Assembly (NCBI GenBank): GCA_049273835.1
Contig: JBASRM010000547.1
Location: 1 to 51,586, forward strand
Direction of reading: 5' to 3'
From: Blastocatellia bacterium
GTDB lineage: Bacteria > Acidobacteriota > Blastocatellia > UBA7656
DNA: 51,586 bases
Numbering within the stretch: position 1 is the stretch's first letter; each line of letters begins with the position of its first letter. Shown here in pieces: positions 1 to 9,589 of the stretch. The position numbers were made by a program, and so were the translations under genes. The notes beneath the pieces are model-generated. The model saw only the letters and a program-made list of their open reading frames with translations, made no database searches and had not been told where the DNA came from.

Positions 1-17
1 TGATCGAGCAGCCCTGT

Positions 18-965
18 ATGGTCGCGCGGCTGAGAAATGAAATGCAGGACGCCTGGCGAGAGTTCCGTGAGAACCCAAGGGTTTATGTCACGAGCGCGCT
101 GAACCGCGACGCCCGTGGAAACCAGCGCGATATGCTCTTGCGTGTAGGACTAGCAATCGCACTTCTGATGTACGCGTTCGCGTTTGTTTCGATGTTGGTC
201 TTCTGGTCTCTGGCTAACCACCAATCCAAGATTGGATCGAATTCAATCTACATCAATACGCATCTCGCGTATTGGCCAAAGGCTGAGTTACCCGACAGCG
301 CGGACAAGCCCGGAGGTGGCGGCGGCGGCGGTCACGACGAACAAAAGCCGCCGTCGGGTGGGAACCTTCCGGTGTTCACGCTCGCCGACCCAATAGTCGC
401 GCCGAATCCCAAACAGCCGCCGAGCCCACAGACATTGCCAATCATCGAAACCGTAAAAGTCGATCCGAGAATCCAATTCGAACGCGACGAGTTGACGCCG
501 ACCGGTTTACCCGATTTCGCGAGCGCTCTGCCTTCTTCCGGACCCGGCTCGGAGAGGGGAATAGGCACGGGATCAAAGGGCGGAATCGGAACGGGGATCG
601 GACCAGGCGTTGGACAAGGCAAGGGCGGCAACATCGGTGACGAGGGGTTTCAAATTGGAGGAAGGCCAAGAGCGTTTCTTCACCAGCCGGTCGTCGACGC
701 TCGGCCGGTGCTGCTCAATGAGCCCCGACCGCTCTATTCCGAAGAAGCGCGCCAACGGAAGATTCAAGGAGTAGTGCGCATAAGGTTGCTTGTGGACGAA
801 ACCGGCGCGGTGAAAGAAGTGGTGATATTGCGCGGTTTGCCCGGCGGTTTGAATGAGCAGGCCATTCGCGCAGCCTATCAAATGCGCTTCAGACCGGCGA
901 TGAAAGACGGAAAAACCGTTCCTTACTGGCTGAGCAATGTTGAGATTGAGTTCAACCTGAGATAG
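18..965 (+). CDS. TonB-family energy transducer (membrane anchor, Pro/Gly-rich spacer, TonB C-terminal domain)
   Basis: 315-aa ORF. Hydrophobic anchor LAIALLMYAFAFVSMLVFWSL. Low-complexity spacer (GGGGGG, PPSGG, GIGTGSKGGIGTGIGPG). C-terminus VRIRLLVDETGAVKEVVILRGL...RFRPAMKDGKTVPYWLSNVEIEFNL fits the TonB_C pattern. Confidence 0.8.
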   Translation: MVARLRNEMQDAWREFRENPRVYVTSALNRDARGNQRDMLLRVGLAIALLMYAFAFVSMLVFWSLANHQSKIGSNSIYINTHLAYWPKAELPDSADKPGGGGGGGHDEQKPPSGGNLPVFTLADPIVAPNPKQPPSPQTLPIIETVKVDPRIQFERDELTPTGLPDFASALPSSGPGSERGIGTGSKGGIGTGIGPGVGQGKGGNIGDEGFQIGGRPRAFLHQPVVDARPVLLNEPRPLYSEEARQRKIQGVVRIRLLVDETGAVKEVVILRGLPGGLNEQAIRAAYQMRFRPAMKDGKTVPYWLSNVEIEFNLR

Positions 966-1007
966 ACGGGTTGGCCTGTGAGGGTGTCTCAGTGCGGCTC
1001 TCCCTCT

Positions 1008-1403
1008 TTATTGTTGGGTCGCGGTTGATTCGCCGGCCCTCGGCGGTGGCGGCTCATCCGACGCATTGTAGTGAAATATATCGCCGTTAAGCCGGAGGAC
1101 AACGAACACAACATCAAGTTTGGGATCGTAGTCTCGAACTAAGTCTACGATCTCCTGGTTCGGCCAGCCGTTGCGTTTGGCTAAACGCTCACTGCCTTCC
1201 GCAATGTAATAACTGGGAACCTGAAGTTTGTCGCCTGACTTACCAGCATTTCTGAAGTTGATCACCACCGCGCCACGCCCTTCCTCCAGGTACTTCTGCC
1301 ATGCGAAGGCGGCGAACTCGCGCCACAGCGATCGGATGAATTTGATATGTCCGTCGGGCGTGTCCAGATCTTCAACGCGGCCCGTTTTCAGGGTTAGTCC
1401 CAT
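1008..1403 (-). CDS. hypothetical cytoplasmic protein (131 aa), no recognised domain
   Basis: Clean ORF with protein-like composition, convergent with the TonB gene. No motif I can name and no obvious SD. Confidence 0.5.
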   Translation of the reverse strand: MGLTLKTGRVEDLDTPDGHIKFIRSLWREFAAFAWQKYLEEGRGAVVINFRNAGKSGDKLQVPSYYIAEGSERLAKRNGWPNQEIVDLVRDYDPKLDVVFVVLRLNGDIFHYNASDEPPPPRAGESTATQQ

Positions 1404-1481
1404 AAGAATCGATATTACCGGAGTAGACGAATGAGCTCCTCAACCATCGAATCGATTCACATCGTTCCGCGTTCACGGCCT

Positions 1482-2939
1482 TCAGCGCGAAAGTCTCTGG
1501 GGCAAATTGGCAATTGCATAAGCCAGGACAGCCATCACTGCTGTGTTTTCGGCTAGCTCCCGGGGAACGACCTTATCGAGTGTGTCGGCGGCGGTGTGAT
1601 GATAGTTGAAGTAGATACGATTGTCTTGAATTGGCGCAAGCGTCGGCACACCTGCGGCGTCCAGGGGAGAAATGTCGGCGCCTTCCGCATCGCCGCTTTG
1701 CCTTATGATGCCGGCCCCGGACGCTTGCAGGAGATTCGCTACAGGCTGAAGCATCTCCACAGCTTTTGAGCTTGCGTGCACGGAGAATCCGACCGGATGG
1801 CCCGCGCCCAGGTCGCTCTCCATGGCGGCGATGTGATTCGCCAATTCCGCCTGATGATCCTGTGCATAGGTTCGTCCACCCATTAACCCATTCTCTTCGT
1901 TCATCCACGCGATTACTCGAATAGTCCGTTTGGGTCGCAGTCGGAGACCCTTGATGATCTGTGCAATTCCCATCGCCACCGCGACACCGGCCCCATCATC
2001 GAGAGCTCCGGTGCCAAGGTCCCAGGAGTCCAGATGACCAGAGACGATGATTACTTGTTCGGGATGCTCGGTGCCTTTGATGTCCGCGATCACGTTGTAG
2101 CTTTGAACGTCAGGAAGCGTCCGAGGAGTGAGGGTAATATGAATGCGAACCGAACCCTGCGATGACAAGTAAGCTATCAAGTCGGCATCCTCGGAGGTCA
2201 CCGCAGCGGCAGGAATCTTCGGAGCGTCCTCCGCGTATCGAAGAGCTCCAGTATGCGGCAAGCGATAGTCACCGCTTCCAACTGATCGAACGAGAGAGGC
2301 GACTGCTCCGAGCCGCGCTGCCGCGCTAGGGCCGGCCCCGCGATACACAACCGCTTGTCCGTACGCATCCAAAGCAAAGCCTTGAGCAGCCATCTGTTTG
2401 TCAAACCGCGAATTGAACAACACGATCTTGCCGGCGATCTTTTCACGCCGCAGCGACGCGAGTTGCTCGAACGTGTCGACGACTACAACCTCGGCGGTCA
2501 TCCCCTCGGAGGGAGTAGCGACGCTTCCACCAAGCGCAGTCAAAACAATCTTTTGCGTCGTCCCCGGCGCCTGACCCGAGAACTGCACTAGCTCGCCGCT
2601 CTCGGCGCCGCGGACCCAGTGGGGCACCATTACCTTCTCGAGCGCAACGGTTAGTCCCAGGCTGCGCATTTGTGTAGCAACATACTCGACCGCTTGTTCA
2701 GCCTGCGCAGAGCCGCTCAATCGCGGACCGATGTTGTTGCAGAGATGAGCTACCTGAGCGTAGGCATAATTACTTGATAAGGCGGCGTTGAGGACTTGTT
2801 TCAATTCCCCAAGCAGTTGGGGTGAGTATGAATCCGGTGGTTTTCGATCCGATTGTTGCGCGATCGACGGCAGGCTCAAAAACGCCGACAAGAAAATTGC
2901 CAGAATACTAAGGGGCGGGGCAGAGGTTTGGACTCTCAT
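1482..2939 (-). CDS. M28-family aminopeptidase with PA domain, secreted
   Basis: HLDSWDLGTGALDDGAGVAVAMGIAQ and WMNEENGLMG zinc-ligand motifs typical of M28. Start moved to the ATG at 2939 (MRVQTSAPPLSILAIFLSAFLSLPSIAQQ signal peptide), because the longer ORF runs through the htrA terminator hairpin. Confidence 0.85.
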   Translation of the reverse strand: MRVQTSAPPLSILAIFLSAFLSLPSIAQQSDRKPPDSYSPQLLGELKQVLNAALSSNYAYAQVAHLCNNIGPRLSGSAQAEQAVEYVATQMRSLGLTVALEKVMVPHWVRGAESGELVQFSGQAPGTTQKIVLTALGGSVATPSEGMTAEVVVVDTFEQLASLRREKIAGKIVLFNSRFDKQMAAQGFALDAYGQAVVYRGAGPSAAARLGAVASLVRSVGSGDYRLPHTGALRYAEDAPKIPAAAVTSEDADLIAYLSSQGSVRIHITLTPRTLPDVQSYNVIADIKGTEHPEQVIIVSGHLDSWDLGTGALDDGAGVAVAMGIAQIIKGLRLRPKRTIRVIAWMNEENGLMGGRTYAQDHQAELANHIAAMESDLGAGHPVGFSVHASSKAVEMLQPVANLLQASGAGIIRQSGDAEGADISPLDAAGVPTLAPIQDNRIYFNYHHTAADTLDKVVPRELAENTAVMAVLAYAIANLPQRLSR

Positions 2940-2945
2940 TCGAAA

Positions 2946-2951
2946 ATTATA
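2946..2951 (-). promoter_or_regulatory. perfect TATAAT -10 hexamer 6 nt upstream of the M28 ATG (possible leaderless transcript)
   Basis: Minus strand reads cctcccc-TATAAT-tttcga-ATG. No SD between hexamer and start. The -35 region is weak. Confidence 0.35.
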
Positions 2952-3000
2952 GGGGAGGAAGCTCGTCCCGCACAGAGCGCGATCGATCAGCCAGGCGTGG

Positions 3001-3035
3001 TTAAAAAATATGGGCGGCCGTGATCGGCCGCCCAT
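3001..3035 (-). terminator. intrinsic terminator downstream of htrA
   Basis: Perfect 11-bp stem atgggcggccg/cggccgcccat with 4-nt loop (3010-3035), followed on the minus strand by ATTTTTTAA. Confidence 0.8.
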
Positions 3036-3063
3036 AAATCTCAGACAGCTCAGATTCTCTCGA

Positions 3064-4518
3064 TCAGTCGAGCGTCACGCCAACAAATGATAGCTGGGCG
3101 TTTCGTTCGATCTGCAGGGTGATTTCTTTCTCGTTTCTCAGCGAAGACATCACTCTTGCGTAATCCTGGCGGTTGGTGATGGGCGAGCGATTGATGCGAT
3201 GAATAACATCGCCTCGTTGCAACCCAGCCTCACCCGCAGGACTGTTTGGCTGCACGCTTTGAATCACCACACCAGTCTGAACCCTCAGTTTCATCTGGCT
3301 GGCAAGGTCTTGGGTCAGATTCCCAACCGAGACGCCAAGCTTTACCCCTTCCTCCTCGGGTTGATCCCCTTCCGGTTGCGCGTCTTCGCCAATCCTGGAG
3401 GGACGTTCACCCAGCTTGATAGTGGCTACTCCAGGACGACCATCGCGAACATACTTGATTTGAGTCGCCTTTCCCACCGGAGTGTCGGCCACCATTTCAG
3501 TCAATTGCTTGGGCGACGTGACACGTTTGCCGTCGAACTCCACAATCACGTCACCACTCCGAAGGCCGGCATTTGCTGCGGGGCTGTAATCCCTGGGCAG
3601 ATCGGCTACGACCGCACCTTCGGTACCGGCATATCCCACGGAATCGGCAAGAGCGGGCGAAATTGGTTGAAGGCTCACGCCCAGGTAGCCGCGAGTGACT
3701 CGACCATTCTTGATCAGTTGAGCGTAAACCTTTGTGGCAAGATTGGAAGGAATGGCGAACCCAATCCCAGCACTTGTTCCTGTCTGCGAGAAGATCAGCG
3801 TGTTGATGCCCACCACTTCGCCTTCCATGTTGATGAGCGGTCCCCCGGAGTTGCCGGGGTTGATCGACGCATCTGTCTGGATAAAGTTCGTGAACTGGCC
3901 GGCGGCGCCACCGAGGTCACGGCCGGTTGCTGAAACTATCCCGGCCGTCATTGTTTGCTGAAGCCCGAACGGGCTGCCCAGCGCGATCACCCACTCGCCT
4001 TGTTCGAGTCTGTCCGAATCGCCCAACCTTGCAAAGGACAGGTTCTGCGCGTCGATCTTGATAACTGCGAGGTCTGTCTCGCTGTCTTTGCCAATTACTT
4101 TTGCTTTTAGCTCACGCCCATCGGCGAGCTTTACGTTGATCTGATCGGCGTCACCGGCTACGTGATTGTTGGTGAGTATGTAGCCGTCGGCGCTGATTAT
4201 TACCCCCGATCCCGTTCCTCGCTGCCGGCGCGGAGTCTGAAATCCTGGGATCTGGGGGAAACCTTCCGGCAGTTGTATCGAAGACCGCTTCGACCTCTCG
4301 ACCACATCTATGTTTACAACCGCAGGCTTGATCTGCTTTGCCACACTTATAAAAGTACGCGAAAGCTCCTGCGGAGACGGCAACTGGGCCTGGCGTTGGG
4401 CGAGAACTCTGCCACCTGTTTCGAAGCCCATCCCCGCAGCTACGGCTAAAGCGATGGCTAAAAAAAGAATCCGCGCACGCTCCGATCTTGTTTTGCTACT
4501 ATTCACATTGATATCCAT
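3064..4518 (-). CDS. htrA: HtrA/DegP/DegQ-family periplasmic serine endoprotease with two PDZ domains
   Basis: Catalytic triad motifs TNNHV, DLAVIKI, GNSGGPLINMEGEVVGINT. Two PDZ-like segments (GYLGVSLQP..., KLGVSVGNLT...). Start set at the ATG at 4518 (MDINVNSS... plus TM anchor), preceded by a GGGAGG SD. Confidence 0.9.
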   Translation of the reverse strand: MDINVNSSKTRSERARILFLAIALAVAAGMGFETGGRVLAQRQAQLPSPQELSRTFISVAKQIKPAVVNIDVVERSKRSSIQLPEGFPQIPGFQTPRRQRGTGSGVIISADGYILTNNHVAGDADQINVKLADGRELKAKVIGKDSETDLAVIKIDAQNLSFARLGDSDRLEQGEWVIALGSPFGLQQTMTAGIVSATGRDLGGAAGQFTNFIQTDASINPGNSGGPLINMEGEVVGINTLIFSQTGTSAGIGFAIPSNLATKVYAQLIKNGRVTRGYLGVSLQPISPALADSVGYAGTEGAVVADLPRDYSPAANAGLRSGDVIVEFDGKRVTSPKQLTEMVADTPVGKATQIKYVRDGRPGVATIKLGERPSRIGEDAQPEGDQPEEEGVKLGVSVGNLTQDLASQMKLRVQTGVVIQSVQPNSPAGEAGLQRGDVIHRINRSPITNRQDYARVMSSLRNEKEITLQIERNAQLSFVGVTLD

Positions 4519-4560
4519 CCTGTCCGAACCTCCCTGATAAACGTGTCGACGACTGGCAAG

Positions 4561-4588
4561 AGTATAGTGACGAGAAACGAGCGGCAAG
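4561..4588 (-). promoter_or_regulatory. candidate sigma70-type promoter for htrA
   Basis: Minus strand CTTGCC-16 nt-TATACT, about 40 nt upstream of the htrA start. Confidence 0.35.
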
Positions 4589-4697
4589 CTCTTCCGGGCT
4601 CGCCACTCGTTTTCGTTTCTGTTCCCCGGCACCTGTTACGCCTCGTCATTCTTCAACGCGCTGATAACCGGCATGTTTCATTATCCATTGAAACAGC

Positions 4698-5234
4698 TTA
4701 GCTGCTGGCCTCAACGCGCAGGTTGTTAGTCACCGAGAACACACCGGGCACACTGTTGACCGCCATATACGCTAGCTGGCTGTCCATACGGTTCGAGACA
4801 ACACCCTCCAGCGTCACGTGGCCATTCTTAACCACGATGTGTATGGACGGGTTCACGCCCATTGCGTAACGATACAGCCCGCCGGTGCGGAATAACGTTC
4901 TGTACGAGCGAGTTCGAATCGAATCGTCAAAGCCGGAGACCGGAAGCACTTCAATATTGTTAATCACCCGGTCAACCCCTTCGATCCTTGCGACCCGGCG
5001 CTCGGCATCCTTTCGCGTTGTGGGGCGCAAAACCTGGCCAGACAGCGTTACTGTGTCACCGTCGACTTTGTATTCGAGGTTATCAAACACGCCGTAATAC
5101 GGCAGGGTGACAAGCTGCTTTCTGACTCTCTCCCCAGTACTTCGCTGCGCTGGCGATGTGCCCGCGAAGGCAACTGACGCCGTCAGCGCTAGCAAAGCTA
5201 GCCCCACTATTAACTTATCTTTTATGGTCTTCAT
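4698..5234 (-). CDS. BON-domain protein (two BON domains, OsmY-like), secreted
   Basis: Signal peptide MKTIKDKLIVGLALLALTASVAFA. Two repeats of the BON pattern (VDGDTVTLSGQV...VDRVINNIEV and KNGHVTLEGVV...VFSVTNNLRV). AAAGGAGG SD directly upstream. Confidence 0.8.
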   Translation of the reverse strand: MKTIKDKLIVGLALLALTASVAFAGTSPAQRSTGERVRKQLVTLPYYGVFDNLEYKVDGDTVTLSGQVLRPTTRKDAERRVARIEGVDRVINNIEVLPVSGFDDSIRTRSYRTLFRTGGLYRYAMGVNPSIHIVVKNGHVTLEGVVSNRMDSQLAYMAVNSVPGVFSVTNNLRVEASS

Positions 5235-5267
5235 TCTTGCGACCTCCTTTGAATCTCTTACTGTTCT

Positions 5268-5849
5268 TCAATCCCATTCAATCTTCATTCTCTTTGCCGG
5301 CCTGTTTGTCACGGGGCCGAGTTTGTTAGATGCATACGATTGTTCCGCCGCTGTCCGACTCAAAGGAGCCTCGGGTTTGGCTATTTTGCGTTTCCTGATT
5401 TCGTCAGAAGCAGGCTGGGCTTCGTCCAGAACCCGAACGATTTTAACTAAAACCTCGAGCACCTCCGCTTGATCCTGGTCACCGAGACGCGATAAAGCCT
5501 GTTCAAAGGCCTGATTTCGACGTTCGCGGGACCTGTCGATGAGCCGCTTGCCTTTCATGGTCAGCACAACCATTACAGAGCGACGGTCAACTTCAGCGCC
5601 CCGGCGTTCGATTAATTCTTTTCGAACGAGGCGGTCAGTCAACTGCGATACAGCAGGAGCCGATATCCCGAGAGAACGCGCTAGCCGGGAAGTAGCCAAC
5701 GGCGACCCATCCAAAAGGCGGAGCGCCTGGGCTTGAGGCAAAGTCAGACCCATTTCAAGGGCTAATGTTCGATGATGATCCAACATCAATTCGAAAAAGC
5801 CCTCCATGAATTGGTCCAAAATACCTTCCGCTTCACCCTCTATTCGCAT
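5268..5849 (-). CDS. MarR-family transcriptional regulator
   Basis: Winged-helix segment LTLPQAQALRLLDGSPLATSRLARSLGISAPAVSQLTDRLVRKELIERRGAEVDRRSVMVVLTMKGKRL. 33 nt upstream of the BON gene on the same strand. Confidence 0.85.
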   Translation of the reverse strand: MRIEGEAEGILDQFMEGFFELMLDHHRTLALEMGLTLPQAQALRLLDGSPLATSRLARSLGISAPAVSQLTDRLVRKELIERRGAEVDRRSVMVVLTMKGKRLIDRSRERRNQAFEQALSRLGDQDQAEVLEVLVKIVRVLDEAQPASDEIRKRKIAKPEAPLSRTAAEQSYASNKLGPVTNRPAKRMKIEWD

Positions 5850-5875
5850 ATTACCTACTTAGGTTGACTTAATAT

Positions 5876-5889
5876 TTAATCTACATTAA
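5876..5889. promoter_or_regulatory. palindrome TTAAT-N4-ATTAA overlapping the predicted marR transcription start (candidate MarR operator)
   Basis: ttaatctacattaa lies in an AT-rich stretch immediately downstream of the predicted -10 element. Confidence 0.35.
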
Positions 5890-5891
5890 TT

Positions 5892-5920
5892 ATCCTACGC
5901 AAGAATCTGGTTTCTGTCAA
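5892..5920 (-). promoter_or_regulatory. candidate sigma70 promoter of the marR-BON operon
   Basis: Minus strand TTGACA (5920-5915), 17-nt spacer, TAGGAT (5897-5892). Confidence 0.5.
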
Positions 5921-5939
5921 CATAATGCTCTCACTTAAA

Positions 5940-6506
5940 TTATAGCTCCTCCAGTGGGTTAATCCGATTTCTCAACTGCCGAATCCGAGCACGCTCGCTC
6001 TCGAGCTCGCTGAGCTCCTTTTCCAAACGCAAGCGCTCGTTTCGGAATTGGTCAATTTGGGCGGCTGTTAAGCGTTTGCGACGGACCCTGGAAAGGCCCA
6101 GGAGCACAATCAGGACGACGGAAGCGTAAAACCACCAGCTTCCGACATAGCTCTTAGCCAAAAGCATAAACATTGCAATGACGACTATTACCATCGCGAA
6201 AACGCCATAAAGGGCGCAGCCAAGCTGGAGCGGCCCGCTCTGCTCTCTACTTTTCATCAACTCGACTTCCGAACTGGTTTCTTGGATCAGCTCCTCGAGC
6301 TCGGTCAGCCTGGAGTCGATTATCCCAAAAGGCGTCGTGGACATCGCGCTGGCTGCGTTGGATTCTCGTTCGAGGAGATTGATTGCTCCTTTGTGCTCGC
6401 GCACCTCGTAAGACGCGCCGCATCGCGCACAGATTACAGTGTCAAAGTCCAGCGGAATTTCGAGCGGTCTCTGGCATTGGGGACAGCTGGTCTGGATGAC
6501 GTTCAT
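5940..6506 (-). CDS. zinc-ribbon / transmembrane / coiled-coil protein of unknown function
   Basis: CPQC...CARC zinc-ribbon near the N-terminus, two hydrophobic helices (LGCALYGVFAMVIVVIAMFMLL, WWFYASVVLIVLLGL), C-terminal heptad-like ERLRLEKELSELESERARIRQL. Start is uncertain (ATG 6506 or 6539, or TTG 6551). Confidence 0.6.
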   Translation of the reverse strand: MNVIQTSCPQCQRPLEIPLDFDTVICARCGASYEVREHKGAINLLERESNAASAMSTTPFGIIDSRLTELEELIQETSSEVELMKSREQSGPLQLGCALYGVFAMVIVVIAMFMLLAKSYVGSWWFYASVVLIVLLGLSRVRRKRLTAAQIDQFRNERLRLEKELSELESERARIRQLRNRINPLEEL

Positions 6507-6667
6507 AGTCAGTCGCGCCTGCGCAGTAAATATCGTCATGACGCGGACCAAACTTCAAGTCAACACCACCGGCAATGAGCATAACTTTCAAACCCTGCCG
6601 GCGATATTGTATAGTACCTGATTCAACTCCCGGACGTTTCCTTCACTGATCAGGACGGAAGATTGAG

Positions 6668-8056
6668 ATGACTGATATTGATACCATCACGAGCCTGGCG
6701 AAGCGGCGAGGCTTCGCCTTTCAGTCCAGTGAGATTTATGGCGGACTTGGTTCAGTGTGGGACTACGGACCCCTGGGTGTGGAACTCAAAAACAATATTA
6801 AGCGGACATGGTGGCGTTCGGTGGTCTACGAACGCGACGATATGGTTGGGCTGGACGCGGGGATTCTCATGAACCGGCGCGTATGGAAGTACTCAGGTCA
6901 CGAAGAAACGTTCTCCGATCCGCTTGTTGATTGCCGCAAGTGCAAAGCCAGGCTGCGCGCCGACAAGGTGGAAGGGGACAAATGCCCCGAATGCGGTTCG
7001 GCTGACCTCACTGAGCCGCGTCAATTCAACCTGATGTTCAGAACTACGGTTGGTCCGGTTGAAGATGACTCAGGCCTCACCTATTTGAGACCCGAGACCG
7101 CCCAGGGGATATTTGTCAATTTCAAGAATGTTCTAGACACTACGAATCGGAAACTGCCTTTCGGTGTCGCACAAATCGGCAAGGCCTTTCGAAATGAAAT
7201 AACTCCCGGCAACTTCATCTTCCGAACCCGCGAGTTCGAGCAGATGGAGATCGAGTATTTTGTAAAGCCTCCTCAGGCCTTGAAGCCGGGGGAGACAAGC
7301 GACGATGAATGGCACGAGCGCTGGATTGAAGCTCGCTACAACTGGCACCTGACCCTGGGAATGCGCGCGGAGAATTTGAGGAAGTACGAACAGCCGAGCG
7401 GCGAGCTGGCGCACTATGCGAAACGCTGTGTAGATCTTCAATATCGGTTCTTCCCGGACCGCGAGGATGGTGAGAAGCAGTGGGATGAGCTCGAAGGAAT
7501 CGCTAACCGCACCGACTTCGACCTCAGGGCGCATTCCAAGAAACCGGTTGACTCCGAAGGCAAGCGGCTCAACCCGGACTCGACGGCCGATCTTACTTAT
7601 TTCGATCACGAAACCAATCAGCACCTCTTTCCTTATGTAATCGAACCCTCAGCCGGCGTCGACCGCAAAGTGCTCGCGTTCATGATGGACGCTTATCGCG
7701 AGGAAGAAGTGCGCGGCGAGAAGCGTGTGGTACTTAAGCTCCATCCTGATCTTGCGCCGATCAAGGTCGCCGTCCTTCCGCTAGCGAAAAACAAAGAGGG
7801 AATCGTCAACCTCGCCAAAGATATCAAGTCACTGCTTCAGCGGACCGGGGCGATGCGCGCAGTCTACGATGACACTGCTGGAATCGGAAAGTTGTACCGG
7901 CGCCAGGACGAGGTTGGAACGCCGTTTTGCGTGACCGTGGATCATCAATCGCTTGAAGACAATCAAGTCACGATTCGTGACCGGGACACAATGTTGCAGG
8001 AGCGCGTTCCAGTTGCAGAACTCGCGCGTCACATCGGCGAAAAGCTCGGGCTATAA
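6668..8056 (+). CDS. glyQS: glycine--tRNA ligase, dimeric GlyQS type
   Basis: N-terminus [43 protein letters not shown] plus class II motifs ([33 protein letters not shown]). Confidence 0.95.
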   Translation: MTDIDTITSLAKRRGFAFQSSEIYGGLGSVWDYGPLGVELKNNIKRTWWRSVVYERDDMVGLDAGILMNRRVWKYSGHEETFSDPLVDCRKCKARLRADKVEGDKCPECGSADLTEPRQFNLMFRTTVGPVEDDSGLTYLRPETAQGIFVNFKNVLDTTNRKLPFGVAQIGKAFRNEITPGNFIFRTREFEQMEIEYFVKPPQALKPGETSDDEWHERWIEARYNWHLTLGMRAENLRKYEQPSGELAHYAKRCVDLQYRFFPDREDGEKQWDELEGIANRTDFDLRAHSKKPVDSEGKRLNPDSTADLTYFDHETNQHLFPYVIEPSAGVDRKVLAFMMDAYREEEVRGEKRVVLKLHPDLAPIKVAVLPLAKNKEGIVNLAKDIKSLLQRTGAMRAVYDDTAGIGKLYRRQDEVGTPFCVTVDHQSLEDNQVTIRDRDTMLQERVPVAELARHIGEKLGL

Positions 8057-8120
8057 CTGGCTGCTCTTTTTGTCAGCTCCGCCCCTTCCACGTTAGTTTC
8101 CAGAGGATTATCCTACTCAA

Positions 8121-9542
8121 ATGAACGCCGATGTATTGAGCCTGTGTGAAGCTATGCGCGCCGCGGGAGGCCGCGCGATGCTCGTCGGCGGCTGGGTGCG
8201 GGACCGATTGTTGGGAATCGACTCGAAAGACTTCGACATAGAAGTCTATGGTCTCGAACCTCAGCGGCTTCGCGAAGTCCTCGAGCAGATTGGTCAGGTC
8301 AACACGGTCGGTGAGCACTTTTCAGTTTATAAACTTGTCTCGCAAAGCGCTCGATTCATTGGCAGTCAGACCAGTTCATCGACCGACGACGCGGAAAGGA
8401 TTGAGATAGACGTATCTCTTCCGCGGCGCGAGTCCAAATCGGGCCGTGGCCATAGGGGGTTTGTCATCGAAGGCGACCCAGGTATGAGCTTTGAGGACGC
8501 GGCGCGTCGTCGCGACTTTACGATCAATGCAATTCTTTATGACCCGCTATCGGACGAGACCCTCGATCCCTTCGGCGGGAAGAAAGACCTCAGACTTCGT
8601 ATTCTGAGAGCTGTTTCCGCGGATACGTTTATCGAAGACAGCCTTCGTGTTTTGCGGGCGGTTCAGTTGGCGGCCAGGTTTGAGATGACCATTGACCCCG
8701 CAACTAGAGAGCTCTGCCTCACGATTGAACTCTCGGATCTTCCTCGCGAACGAATTTGGGGTGAGATCGAAAAGCTGCTAACCCTTGCCGAGCACCCGTC
8801 GATCGGTTTGCAGGCAGCACTCGAACTCGAAGTCCTCACCAGGCTGTTTCCGGAGATTCACGCGCTGGTTGGCTGGCCGCAGGATGATACTCCGCTTCAC
8901 GAGGACGTCTTCGCCCATACGAAGCGCTCGATGGATGAAGCCGTCAAGCTGGCCGGCGATCTCTCAAAAGCGAAGCGGATCGCTGTCGTGCTTGCCACAT
9001 TATGTCACGAACTTGGCAAGCCGCTTACGAGGTCGCCGGTAGATAGCGTTTCGTCAAAAGATCACGACAAGCGGGTGGTGGAGCTGACGCGGCCGGTCTT
9101 GAACAAGCTCGGGCTTCACAGCATTGGTGGTTACGACGTGCGCTCGCAAGTGCTGGAGCTGGTGAGAGAGCATGGAAAGCCCAACGAGTTTTATCAAAGC
9201 GCTGAAACAACCGATGGCGATTTTCGCAGGCTAGCTCAACGCGTGGATCTGGATCTGGTTTATCGGGTCGCCAAAGCTTGTTCGTTGGGAGCGGGATCAG
9301 ACCCCACCGCCGAAGATTGGTTTATCCGGAGGGCCCGGGCGTTAGGCGTCGATCATGGACCGCTCCCGCCTCTGCTGCAGGGCCGGCACCTGCTCGAGGC
9401 AGGATTCGAACCCGGCCCACAAATGGGACGCGTGCTTCGCCGGGTGTACGAGCTGCAAATGGACGGTGAAGTTACGAATCTGGCAGATGCGTTGGCCGCC
9501 GCAGGGCCTCCGGTTAAGGCGTTCTCGCCTAACGAACCATAA
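8121..9542 (+). CDS. cca: CCA tRNA nucleotidyltransferase-family enzyme (class II nucleotidyltransferase head plus HD domain)
   Basis: LVGGWVRDRLLGIDSKDFDIEV, RRDFTINAILYD, HD-like CHELGK. Carries a Ser-rich insertion (SQSARFIGSQTSSSTDD). CCA-adding versus A-adding specificity cannot be told from sequence. Confidence 0.8.
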   Translation: MNADVLSLCEAMRAAGGRAMLVGGWVRDRLLGIDSKDFDIEVYGLEPQRLREVLEQIGQVNTVGEHFSVYKLVSQSARFIGSQTSSSTDDAERIEIDVSLPRRESKSGRGHRGFVIEGDPGMSFEDAARRRDFTINAILYDPLSDETLDPFGGKKDLRLRILRAVSADTFIEDSLRVLRAVQLAARFEMTIDPATRELCLTIELSDLPRERIWGEIEKLLTLAEHPSIGLQAALELEVLTRLFPEIHALVGWPQDDTPLHEDVFAHTKRSMDEAVKLAGDLSKAKRIAVVLATLCHELGKPLTRSPVDSVSSKDHDKRVVELTRPVLNKLGLHSIGGYDVRSQVLELVREHGKPNEFYQSAETTDGDFRRLAQRVDLDLVYRVAKACSLGAGSDPTAEDWFIRRARALGVDHGPLPPLLQGRHLLEAGFEPGPQMGRVLRRVYELQMDGEVTNLADALAAAGPPVKAFSPNEP

Positions 9543-9552
9543 GAATTTTCCG

Positions 9553-9581
9553 TTGACAGGCAGGCCCTTTGACGATATTCT
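9553..9581 (+). promoter_or_regulatory. candidate sigma70 promoter for feoAB
   Basis: TTGACA (9553-9558), 17-nt spacer, TATTCT (9576-9581). Confidence 0.45.
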
Positions 9582-9589
9582 TGCGTTTG

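Noticed and set aside
2940-3035. N-terminal extensions offered by the ORF track for several genes: M28 to 3035, htrA to 4632, PLL to 20283, SDR to 24308, SIS to 40156, LysR from 40737, RluA to 46450 and the stress protein from 50185
   Set aside because: Internal ATGs have SD sequences and/or begin canonical N-termini (signal peptides, Rossmann TGGGGGIG, LysR HTH). The extensions cross terminators or neighbouring genes and translate to non-protein-like sequence.
3199-3933. 244-aa plus-strand ORF antisense to htrA. Many similar antisense or out-of-frame ORFs also exist, for example 7133-7624, 15225-16304, 17206-17976, 25080-25739, 26760-27419, 35227-35736, 36405-37046, 39188-39835, 43179-43676, 45701-46234, 47590-48072, 49449-50012 and 50481-51216
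   Set aside because: These are shadow ORFs inside strongly supported genes on the opposite strand or in another frame. Their low-complexity Arg/Ser/Pro/Gly-rich translations are typical of high-GC genomes.
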